Source: Pseudomonadota bacterium
GTDB taxonomy: Bacteria > Pseudomonadota > Gammaproteobacteria > Burkholderiales > JABEVD01
Assembly (NCBI GenBank): GCA_021835845.1
Contig: JAKBJU010000001.1
Coordinates: 76,908-140,907 of the forward strand
Length of the DNA stretch: 64,000 nucleotides
Direction: 5' to 3'
Both the position numbers and the translations under genes were made by a program. Positions 30,378 to 37,869 of the stretch are shown here, one piece after another. The notes beneath the pieces were generated by a model. That model did no database searches. It was not told where the DNA came from and saw nothing but the letters and a program-made list of their open reading frames with translations. The stretch's first letter is position 1. Every line of letters begins with the position of its first letter.

Positions 30378-30406
30378 TTTACAGGATGGGGCCGATTAAG
30401 TATAAT
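30378..30406 (+). promoter_or_regulatory. Sigma70-type promoter of the tRNA-Ala/tRNA-Glu operon
   Basis: TTTACA-17 nt-TATAAT, 12 nt upstream of the tRNA-Ala 5' end. Confidence 0.6.
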
Positions 30407-30418
30407 TTCGGTCTTTGT

Positions 30419-30494
<76 letters not shown>

Positions 30495-30504
30495 GGAAAT
30501 TTCT

Positions 30505-30580
30505 GTCCCCATCGTCTAGAGGCCTAGGACACCGCCCTTTCACGGCGGCGACACGAGTTCGAATCTCGTTGGGGACGCCA
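30505..30580 (+). tRNA. tRNA-Glu (anticodon UUC)
   Basis: 76 nt, GTCCCCATCGTCTAGAGGCCTAGGACA...CTTTCAC loop...GTTCGAATC...GCCA. Confidence 0.95.
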
Positions 30581-30588
30581 GACAAAAT

Positions 30589-30618
30589 AAAGGCTTAGGA
30601 TTAAGGTCCCAAGCCTTT
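30589..30618. terminator. Hairpin between the tRNA operon and the convergent CpxP-like gene
   Basis: AAAGGCTT-N14-AAGCCTTT, extendable by GG/CC after one mismatch, followed by AGCTTT. Confidence 0.5.
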
Positions 30619-30683
30619 AGCTTTCAGATTTCAGATACAGCTCCAAACAGCGAAATCCTGCTGCAAACTCCGCGATTCAATCA

Positions 30684-31238
30684 CTACTGCCCCATGTATG
30701 TCGGAGCACGCTGATGCAAGCGATCTCTGAGTTGATTGAGTTGGTCCGCGGTCAACAAATCCTCAATTTCGCTCTCGGTATCAAGCGCAGCTTTGATCAT
30801 TTTCCGCTTCAGATCGAATATCTTCTGATAGGTCGCGTCGATGGCAACCGGATCCCGCCTGTCGGCATGGTAAAGATCGCGAAGCGTGTCGGAATCGTCC
30901 ATGATCATGCCCATGGTATTCCAGTTATCATGCTGAAGCTTGTCGATAAGCTTGGTTATCTTGCCGCGCTGCTCATCCGAAAGATTCAGCGACTGGACCA
31001 TGGACGTGCGAGGACCCAGCATCTTGACCCCCATTCCGCCATAGCCACCCATCATGCCGCGGCCATGTCCTCCCATGGCCCCATACCCGGGGTGGCAATC
31101 TTCGACCTGAGGATGGACGAAATGCTTGGCAGTTGGTTTCTTGACTGTGGCCTGGGATGCATCGGCGGCAACTGCATTCCCTGTGATCAGCACCAGCGAG
31201 AGTCCGGATGCAAGAAGAAACGATTGTCGGAATTTCAT
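30684..31238 (-). CDS. Periplasmic Spy/CpxP/ZraP-family protein (LTxxQ) with Gly/Met/His-rich segment
   Basis: Signal peptide MKFRQSFLLASGLSLVLITGNAVAA. Contains HPGYGAMGGHGRGMMGGYGGMG, LSDEQ and LTADQ motifs. GGAGG SD. Start trimmed to 31238. Confidence 0.7.
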   Translation of the reverse strand: MKFRQSFLLASGLSLVLITGNAVAADASQATVKKPTAKHFVHPQVEDCHPGYGAMGGHGRGMMGGYGGMGVKMLGPRTSMVQSLNLSDEQRGKITKLIDKLQHDNWNTMGMIMDDSDTLRDLYHADRRDPVAIDATYQKIFDLKRKMIKAALDTESEIEDLLTADQLNQLRDRLHQRAPTYMGQ

Positions 31239-31315
31239 GAGATTTGCCTCCTTTGAATTTGGAAGAACGATTCTACTTGTTCTCGCATTGTAGCGCACCC
31301 CTCGCGAATCGGGTC

Positions 31316-32152
31316 TCAATTCGGATCATCTTTATCCGTATCGAAACTGTACTCGAACAACACGCTAGTGATGGTGTCGAGGCTCGCCTGCCCCTCTATT
31401 CTAGAAAGCGACTCGCCAAGCACCATTTGCCAACGCGGATTAATCTGCCAACCTATCTGCGGCGTAAGAACCATGCCCGCAGCAGTATGTCCATATGCGT
31501 CGACGCTTGTTCTGTTGAGATCCAGTTCAAGATGGATCACCCAGTCTTCCGAAATTCGGTGCCCCGCGGCCGTGTTCGCGGACCAGCCTGTTCTAGCGTC
31601 TGCAGAAACACGCTGGGTAATGCCGTACTGCCCCTGAATCCAGTATGTGCCATGCCTTATCCCGATAAGCATTTGCTCGGTAACGCTTGACCCAACACCA
31701 GGAAAATTGGCTGGCTGGGGTGTAGCCCACCATCCCCCTTCTATTTCACCCCCGATTACGCCTGCATTCTCGCTATCCCCGTCGCCCCAATGAATGGGGA
31801 CATATTTCAGCCCAGCCGAGATCGGCGCAAGAACGGACGGCGCCCGCCCTATAGGCTGGTTTGCCAGCAATATCGGCGCATCAATTTCCGTGCCGAAATC
31901 CGTCCCGAGCGCGGCGTCCCATTCGTTGCCGAAATTCCAGGCATGCCCCCGTGAAGCATTGTTGTCACGGCTGCTGGAAAGATAGACGGCATTTTCAATC
32001 CATGGCTCTTCTATATTGAGCACGCGCGCCATCCCCTGGTCAGGATCATCCGGCCCGGCCATTGCTGCTAGCGGCTGCATGAAAAGACACGCCATCAACA
32101 AACATAATGATGATTTCCCCAATTGAACCCCCTTTTGGTAAATGATAAGCAT
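31316..32152 (-). CDS. Putative secreted/outer-membrane beta-barrel protein
   Basis: Signal peptide ..KSSLCLLMACLFMQPLAAMA. Alternating aromatic/Gly-rich strands and a ..LFEYSF near-terminal aromatic segment. The TTG at 32122 with an AAGGGGG SD is a plausible true start. Confidence 0.45.
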   Translation of the reverse strand: MLIIYQKGVQLGKSSLCLLMACLFMQPLAAMAGPDDPDQGMARVLNIEEPWIENAVYLSSSRDNNASRGHAWNFGNEWDAALGTDFGTEIDAPILLANQPIGRAPSVLAPISAGLKYVPIHWGDGDSENAGVIGGEIEGGWWATPQPANFPGVGSSVTEQMLIGIRHGTYWIQGQYGITQRVSADARTGWSANTAAGHRISEDWVIHLELDLNRTSVDAYGHTAAGMVLTPQIGWQINPRWQMVLGESLSRIEGQASLDTITSVLFEYSFDTDKDDPN

Positions 32153-32236
32153 TCCTATTTAATGAAATGCTAACATGTGCCAAACAAGAAATGCAACAGT
32201 CTATGGGAAATTAAATATCCTGTTGAATGCCGAGAA

Positions 32237-32662
32237 TCAACCCGCCCTGTCCATTCTTCTGGTGATGCGCAGGATGCCGACAATGAACGCCGTCGTTTCC
32301 CACAAAGACAACAGGAAAAAAAAAGGCTGAGGCAACTTGGGAAGCATGAGTCCGGCTATCGCAATGGCATCGATCCCGGCTGAGAGACAAAAAAAGAGTG
32401 AAATCAGATAATATCTGGCCGTACTAAAAATGATCGAAATCGCCACGAGTACGACCATAAAGCGAAAAACTGAAATAACCGCAGGAAACGTGCCGAATGC
32501 GACATATCTTGCAATGGCGAAAAGCGCCGCCACCATCAGCAATATAAAGAAAGGCGCAGTAGGCTTTCCGGGCAATCCCGTTCCGTCATGCTTGAAAAAA
32601 AGCGCCAGCCCGATATGCCTAAACAAGCCAGTGATAAAATTATGACCATTCATCTGTAACAT
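32237..32662 (-). CDS. Hypothetical small membrane protein (~4 TM)
   Basis: 141 aa, strongly hydrophobic and AT-richer than its surroundings. No family recognised. Confidence 0.45.
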   Translation of the reverse strand: MLQMNGHNFITGLFRHIGLALFFKHDGTGLPGKPTAPFFILLMVAALFAIARYVAFGTFPAVISVFRFMVVLVAISIIFSTARYYLISLFFCLSAGIDAIAIAGLMLPKLPQPFFFLLSLWETTAFIVGILRITRRMDRAG

Positions 32663-32848
32663 CCCGCCTCAATAGCGCCCTAATGCAAAATTGTATCCGA
32701 ACATATCGAATCGCCCCGGAATTGGGGATTCACTTCTCAATACACTAAACATAAATTTAATACAGGGCTAGATTTATTTGCTATATTTATCACCAATTGT
32801 GGGTGGAAGAGGTCATCCGTACGAAATCCAAAGAGACAAGGCGGGAAT

Positions 32849-33709
32849 ATGGTGGAACCCAACGGGGTCATGAAACATATCGATTTAGTCAAAGGCGAAG
32901 ATGCTGTTTTGCTGATCCACGGACTATCCGGCTCCCCGCTCGAAATGCAGTTTGTTGCCAGAACCCTCTACAAGTCCGGATTTTCTGTCAGGGTTCCCAG
33001 GTTTTCCAAGCACGGGTTCGGGGCAACCGACAAACAGGAAAAGTGGCAGGACTGGCTGGATGAAGTCACCCTGCACTTCGACGAAATGAAACAAAAGTAT
33101 AAGACCGTTTCGGTATGCGGCCTGTGCATCGGAGCCGTTCTCGCCCTAAAACTGGCCGCAGAGAAGAAAGAACAGGTCGCCTCGCTCTGTCTCTTCTCGA
33201 CCTCACTTTATTTCGACGGATGGAATATCCCCTGGTACCGCTTTCTGCTCAACATCGGTTACTACACTCCTTTCCGCTATTTCTACTCCTATCAAGAAAG
33301 TGAACCTTACGGCATCAAGAACGAGCAACTCCGATCCTGGATTTCAAGAGAAATGGGAGAAAAATCCACCTTCTCCTCCCTCACCGCCAAAATTCCAATG
33401 ACAAGGCTTTTCCAGGCAGAGCAACTGATCCGGCAAACGAAGCGCGTACTCTCAGGAATCGCGATTCCCGCCCTCATCATTCATTCCCTGGAGGATGACA
33501 CCTCAACTATTCGCAGCGCCAATTACGTCGAACATCACCTCGGCAGCAAAAAGATCCGCAAGGTATTTCTCGACGACAGCTACCACAACATCACGATGGA
33601 CAATCAAAAAACCATCGTTGCCGAGGAGACGGTTCGCTTCATCAAGGAAACCGTTACAAGCCGAAATTTTTCCAGCACGGCAGAATTCAACACCATCCGA
33701 ATTGCCTAG
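32849..33709 (+). CDS. Est30/YvaK-like alpha/beta hydrolase with Cys at the nucleophile elbow
   Basis: LLIHGLSGSP, elbow G-L-C93-I-G (TGC at 33125-33127), acid HSLEDD, and His in DSYHNIT. Colinear with the carboxylesterase Est30 triad. Confidence 0.7.
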   Translation: MVEPNGVMKHIDLVKGEDAVLLIHGLSGSPLEMQFVARTLYKSGFSVRVPRFSKHGFGATDKQEKWQDWLDEVTLHFDEMKQKYKTVSVCGLCIGAVLALKLAAEKKEQVASLCLFSTSLYFDGWNIPWYRFLLNIGYYTPFRYFYSYQESEPYGIKNEQLRSWISREMGEKSTFSSLTAKIPMTRLFQAEQLIRQTKRVLSGIAIPALIIHSLEDDTSTIRSANYVEHHLGSKKIRKVFLDDSYHNITMDNQKTIVAEETVRFIKETVTSRNFSSTAEFNTIRIA

Positions 33710-33773
33710 AAAGACGTACACGCCTTGCAGGCCGGCTGCATCAAATACGCTGAAGATCGATTGACGAATTCGT

Positions 33774-33850
33774 TGGGGTGGCTGATGGGACTCGAACCCA
33801 CGACGACAGGAATCACAATCCTGGACTCTACCAACTGAGCTACAGCCACC
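33774..33850 (-). tRNA. tRNA-His (anticodon GUG)
   Basis: 77 nt including the extra 5' G(-1). Loop UUGUGAU and 3' ..AGCCACCCCA as in E. coli hisR. Confidence 0.9.
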
Positions 33851-33864
33851 ATTGAAACAAACTT

Positions 33865-33941
33865 TGGCGTGCCCGACAGGAATCGAACCTGTAACCCCCA
33901 GCTTAGAAGGCTGGTGCTCTATCCGGTTGAGCTACGGGCAC
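33865..33941 (-). tRNA. tRNA-Arg (anticodon UCU)
   Basis: 77 nt, stem CCAGC / loop CUUCUAA / GCUGG, T-arm GGTTCGATTCC, encoded CCA. Confidence 0.9.
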
Positions 33942-33970
33942 CGGGCCGGGCAAACCGCCGGGTCAGAAGC

Positions 33971-34047
33971 TGGTCGGGGTGGAGAGATTTGAACTCCCGA
34001 CATCCTGGTCCCAAACCAGGCGCGCTACCAGGCTACGCTACACCCCG
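33971..34047 (-). tRNA. tRNA-Pro (anticodon UGG)
   Basis: 77 nt, CGGGGTGTAGCG..., loop UUUGGGA, GGTTCAAATCTC T-arm, encoded CCA. Confidence 0.9.
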
Positions 34048-34056
34048 GAAGGCGAG

Positions 34057-34085
34057 AATATACGCCTCCCTCCCGGAAAGGTCAA
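34057..34085 (-). promoter_or_regulatory. Sigma70-type promoter of the tRNA-Pro/Arg/His operon
   Basis: On the minus strand, TTGACC-17 nt-TATATT, 9 nt upstream of the tRNA-Pro 5' end. Confidence 0.6.
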
Positions 34086-34172
34086 TTCAAACCTTCCAGG
34101 AGGTGGCGAGCCTCCCACTTGTGATATGATCATTCTTGTGATATTTAATCGTTTTTGCTCGAATAGGAAAGA

Positions 34173-34592
34173 ATGATGCCCGAAGAAAAAGTGAAAATCC
34201 CCTACATTCCGGAAGAAGGCGAGGAATACATGAACCCGAAGCAGCTCATGCATTTCCGGAAAATTCTCGAAGGCATGAAAGTCGAGCTCGGCCAGGATAT
34301 CGACAGGACCGTCCATACCATGCAGGACGAGGCTACCGTATTTGCAGACCCGAATGACCGTGCAAGCCAGGAATCGGACATGGCCCTGGAACTGAGGAGC
34401 CGCGACCGCGAACGCAAGCTGATCAAGAAAATCGACGAAATCATTGCCAAAATCGACTCCGGAGAATACGGCTATTGTGAAAGCTGCGGCGTCGAAATCG
34501 GGCTCGGCCGCCTTGAAGTCAGGCCGACGGCGACCCTCTGCATCGATTGCAAAACCCTCGACGAAATCCGCGAAAAACAGATCGCGAAATAA
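34173..34592 (+). CDS. dksA: RNA polymerase-binding transcription factor DksA
   Basis: Coiled-coil with FADPNDRASQESD (DxxDxA tip) and a C4 zinc finger CESCGVEI...CIDC. Confidence 0.95.
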   Translation: MMPEEKVKIPYIPEEGEEYMNPKQLMHFRKILEGMKVELGQDIDRTVHTMQDEATVFADPNDRASQESDMALELRSRDRERKLIKKIDEIIAKIDSGEYGYCESCGVEIGLGRLEVRPTATLCIDCKTLDEIREKQIAK

Positions 34593-34612
34593 TCCCGCGC
34601 CGGCAAGGCCAG

Positions 34613-35122
34613 ATGGCCTTGCCGCCTCCGACCATGCAAGAAGAACAGAGCAAGACCAGCCGCAAGAAAGAAATGCAGGCGCTTCAGGATACTGGCGAGC
34701 TGCTCGTGGAACTTTCCCCGCAACGCCTTCAGGAGCTCGACCTGCCGGAAAATCTGCTGGATGCGGTCAGGGAAGCCAAGCGCCTCACTCAGTTTGGTGC
34801 GATCAGGCGCCAGATGCAGTACATCGGCAAGCTGATGCGCGAGATCGAAGTGGACGAAATCAGGGCAAAACTCGCTTTGTGGGATGCGCAATCGAAAGAA
34901 AACGCAACCGAGCTTCATCTGGTGGAACGGTGGAGAACCCGGCTCCTAGATGAAGCCAATGCCTTCGAGGAATTCGCGAGAACCTATCCTCACGCAGACA
35001 TGACCCATATCAGAAATCTCGTGCGCAGCATCCAGAAAGACCGGCTGGCGGCAAAGCCCCCCAAGCAGTTCCGGGCATTTTTCAGACAGCTGCGGGATAT
35101 CGTCAGAAGCGGAACAGCTTGA
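34613..35122 (+). CDS. yjgA: Ribosome-associated protein YjgA/DarP (DUF615)
   Basis: SKTSRKKEMQALQDTGELLVEL...RRQMQYIGKLMR is colinear with E. coli YjgA. The start is ambiguous (34613 or 34634). Confidence 0.8.
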   Translation: MALPPPTMQEEQSKTSRKKEMQALQDTGELLVELSPQRLQELDLPENLLDAVREAKRLTQFGAIRRQMQYIGKLMREIEVDEIRAKLALWDAQSKENATELHLVERWRTRLLDEANAFEEFARTYPHADMTHIRNLVRSIQKDRLAAKPPKQFRAFFRQLRDIVRSGTA

Positions 35123-35151
35123 CCAGTGGCATTTTCGTGTAAAATCGAACC

Positions 35152-36165
35152 ATGCTGAATGACCGCGCCCAAGTTCTGCTCAAGACCCTGATCGAAAGAT
35201 ACATCGAGGAAGGGCAGCCTGTCGGCTCTCGCGCACTTTCGCACTATTCGGGACTCGAACTGAGTTCGGCATCGATACGCAACGTGATGGCCGATCTCGA
35301 AGCGCTCGGATTCGTCGAAAGCCCCCATACCTCGGCAGGAAGAGTTCCGACTGCGAAGGGTTACCGTTTCTTCGTCGACAGTTTGCTCGTGGTCAAGCCC
35401 CTGGAGCAGATGGAAATCGAACAACTCGGCGAAAACCTGCTTCCCGACAACCCTTCTCGCCTCATCAGTTCCGCATCCCATCTATTGTCGGAGCTGACCC
35501 GTTTTGCGGGTGTGGTGATCGCGCCGAAACGGGAAGCGTTGGCCTTTCGCCAGATCGAATTTCTGAAGCTCTCCGAAAAGCGCATCCTTTTGATCATCAT
35601 CACTTCGAACGGCGACGTCCAGAACAGGGTCATTTTCACCGAAAGAATCTATACGCCATTAGAACTGACTGAGGCTTCGAACTACCTGAACCGGAATTAT
35701 GCCGGACTTACGCTGAACGAAATACTCAAACGAGTGAAGGAGGAGCTTCACCAACTCCAGCACAACGTCAGCGAACTGATGTCAGCGGCAATAGAGACTT
35801 CCACCCGGACAGATCTGGAAGAGGAATGCATCATTTCCGGCGAGCACAACCTGCTCCAGGTTCATGATCTCTCTTCAGACCTTTCAAACCTGAAAGGGCT
35901 TTTCGACCTTTTCGAAAAGAAAACAGCACTGTTGCAGCTTCTCGATGCGAGCCGGAATGCCCAAGGCGTGCAGATATTCATCGGAGCGGAATCCGGACTC
36001 GGACAACTCGATGAGTGCAGCATCGTCACCGCCCCTTATGGCGCAGAAGGACACATCGTCGGCACGCTGGCTGTCGTCGGCCCCAAGCGCATGGCTTACG
36101 AACGCGTCATACCCATCGTCGATATCACTGCCAAACTTCTGAGCGGCGCACTTTCCCAACACTGA
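35152..36165 (+). CDS. hrcA: Heat-inducible transcription repressor HrcA
   Basis: [27 protein letters not shown], 337 aa. An in-frame stop 12 nt upstream fixes the start. Confidence 0.9.
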   Translation: MLNDRAQVLLKTLIERYIEEGQPVGSRALSHYSGLELSSASIRNVMADLEALGFVESPHTSAGRVPTAKGYRFFVDSLLVVKPLEQMEIEQLGENLLPDNPSRLISSASHLLSELTRFAGVVIAPKREALAFRQIEFLKLSEKRILLIIITSNGDVQNRVIFTERIYTPLELTEASNYLNRNYAGLTLNEILKRVKEELHQLQHNVSELMSAAIETSTRTDLEEECIISGEHNLLQVHDLSSDLSNLKGLFDLFEKKTALLQLLDASRNAQGVQIFIGAESGLGQLDECSIVTAPYGAEGHIVGTLAVVGPKRMAYERVIPIVDITAKLLSGALSQH

Positions 36166-37250
36166 TGTCGAAAACAGAATCCGCTTATCGGCACGGCCAA
36201 ATCAAGAAAACCGGCATACTGATCGTCAATCTCGGCACGCCAGATGCCCCCACGAAGGCGGCATTGAAGCCTTATCTCAGGGAGTTCCTTTCCGACCCTA
36301 GGGTGGTCGAGATTCCGAAGCCGCTATGGTGGCTCATCCTGAACGGCATCATTCTCAACACTCGCCCAGCCCAATCGGCAAAGAAATATGCGTCGATCTG
36401 GACAAGCGAAGGATCGCCGCTGAAGTTCCACACGGAAAAACAGGCAAATCTGTTGAGAGCGTATCTCGCGCAAAAAACGGGGGCGCCACTCGTTGTCGAA
36501 TACGCAATGCGCTACGGAAACCCTTCCATAAAGAGCGCCCTGAATGGCATGAAAGAAAATGGTTGCGACAGGATACTCGTCATACCGCTTTATCCTCAGT
36601 ACGCGGCAAGCTCTTCGGGCACGGTGTTCGATTCCGTCTTCAATGCCCTCAAATCCATGAGAAACCCTCCTGAATTGCGCATCATCAAACATTTTCACGA
36701 CCATCCGGGCTACATCGAAGCGCTCGCAGGCAACATCTCCGCCTTCTGGAATCAGCATGGCAAACCCAAAAAACTGGTGATGAGCTTTCATGGCGTCCCC
36801 AGGCGCACGCTCGATCAGGGAGACCCCTACCATTGCGAATGCCTGAAAACGGGAAGGCTGCTCGGGGAAGCCCTAGGTCTTCCCGAAGATCAATATGTCG
36901 TCACGTTCCAGTCCCGTTTCGGGCGCGCCGAATGGCTAACACCCTATACTGTTGAAGTCATTGAAACAATGGGAAAACAGATGTTCTCGAGAGTGGATAT
37001 CGTTTGCCCCGGGTTTGTCAGCGACTGCCTGGAAACACTGGAAGAAGTCGCCATAGAAGCAAAGCAGACCTTCCTCAATGCAGGGGGCGGAGAATTCAAC
37101 TACATTCCGGCACTCAACGAAAACGATAAGTGGATGCACGCACTATCCAACATCGCACTGGAAAACCTCCAGGGCTGGATGGCAGTACCAAGCCAGGCCG
37201 AGGCAGAAAAAAGCAGGCAACTTGCCTTGAAAAAGGGCGCAAGAAACTGA
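36165..37250 (+). CDS. hemH: Ferrochelatase
   Basis: [14 protein letters not shown]..., ..SFHGVP..., and a conserved C-terminal ..CLETLEE motif. Start trimmed to the ATG sharing one nt with the hrcA TGA. Confidence 0.9.
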   Translation: MSKTESAYRHGQIKKTGILIVNLGTPDAPTKAALKPYLREFLSDPRVVEIPKPLWWLILNGIILNTRPAQSAKKYASIWTSEGSPLKFHTEKQANLLRAYLAQKTGAPLVVEYAMRYGNPSIKSALNGMKENGCDRILVIPLYPQYAASSSGTVFDSVFNALKSMRNPPELRIIKHFHDHPGYIEALAGNISAFWNQHGKPKKLVMSFHGVPRRTLDQGDPYHCECLKTGRLLGEALGLPEDQYVVTFQSRFGRAEWLTPYTVEVIETMGKQMFSRVDIVCPGFVSDCLETLEEVAIEAKQTFLNAGGGEFNYIPALNENDKWMHALSNIALENLQGWMAVPSQAEAEKSRQLALKKGARN

Positions 37251-37252
37251 CC

Positions 37253-37281
37253 CTTGAAATTCGCCTTGGCAGCGCCATATA
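37253..37281 (+). promoter_or_regulatory. Sigma32 (RpoH)-type heat-shock promoter upstream of grpE
   Basis: CTTGAAA-13 nt-CGCCATATA versus the consensus CTTGAAA-N13-14-CCCCATnTA. Confidence 0.6.
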
Positions 37282-37308
37282 AAGAGGAGAACCTCGGAGG
37301 ACAACAAG

Positions 37309-37809
37309 ATGCAAGATGAACAGAATACAACTGAAACCCAGACCGAATCGATCCCCAGCACGGAAGAACTTCTGAAACAGGCGGAACTTGCCGCTCAGGA
37401 ACATCACGATGCCTGGCTGCGTGCAAGGGCAGAAACCGACAACATCCGCAAACGCGCCCAGATCGACATCGCGAACGCGCACAAATACGCCATCGAAAAT
37501 TTCTCGACGGAACTGCTCTCAGTCAAGGACAGCCTGGAGACAGCGCTTGCCGTCGAGAACGCCTCGATCGAAAATCTGCGGGACGGCGTGGAACTGACGC
37601 TGAAGCAATTGAACTCGGTCTTCTCGAAATTCCACATCGACGAAATCAATCCGATCGGGAGCAAGTTCGATCCCCACCAGCATCAGGCAATCAGCGCAAT
37701 TGAATCGAAAGAAGCACCCAATACGGTCATTCAGGTGCTGCAAAAAGGTTACCAACTCAACGACAGGGTAATCCGCCCCGCTCTTGTCATCGTATCCAAG
37801 AGCGCTTGA
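37309..37809 (+). CDS. grpE: Nucleotide exchange factor GrpE
   Basis: 166 aa, ..RARAETDNIRKRA...GYQLNDRVIRPALVIV. Confidence 0.95.
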   Translation: MQDEQNTTETQTESIPSTEELLKQAELAAQEHHDAWLRARAETDNIRKRAQIDIANAHKYAIENFSTELLSVKDSLETALAVENASIENLRDGVELTLKQLNSVFSKFHIDEINPIGSKFDPHQHQAISAIESKEAPNTVIQVLQKGYQLNDRVIRPALVIVSKSA

Positions 37810-37833
37810 AATTTCGATGCGCGTCCGCATATA
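37805..37833 (+). promoter_or_regulatory. Sigma32 (RpoH)-type heat-shock promoter upstream of dnaK
   Basis: CTTGAAA-13 nt-CCGCATATA. The -35 element overlaps the grpE stop codon. Confidence 0.6.
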
Positions 37834-37869
37834 CGGAGCAACTCTCTAAAATTTGCTAAAGGAACCACC

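Noticed and set aside
30589-33773. Possibility that the tRNA-flanked islet is an integrative mobile element.
   Set aside because: No integrase, recombinase or transposase ORF is present. I could find no direct repeat of a tRNA 3' end at the far boundary. It is kept only as an accessory-looking islet, not called a mobile element.
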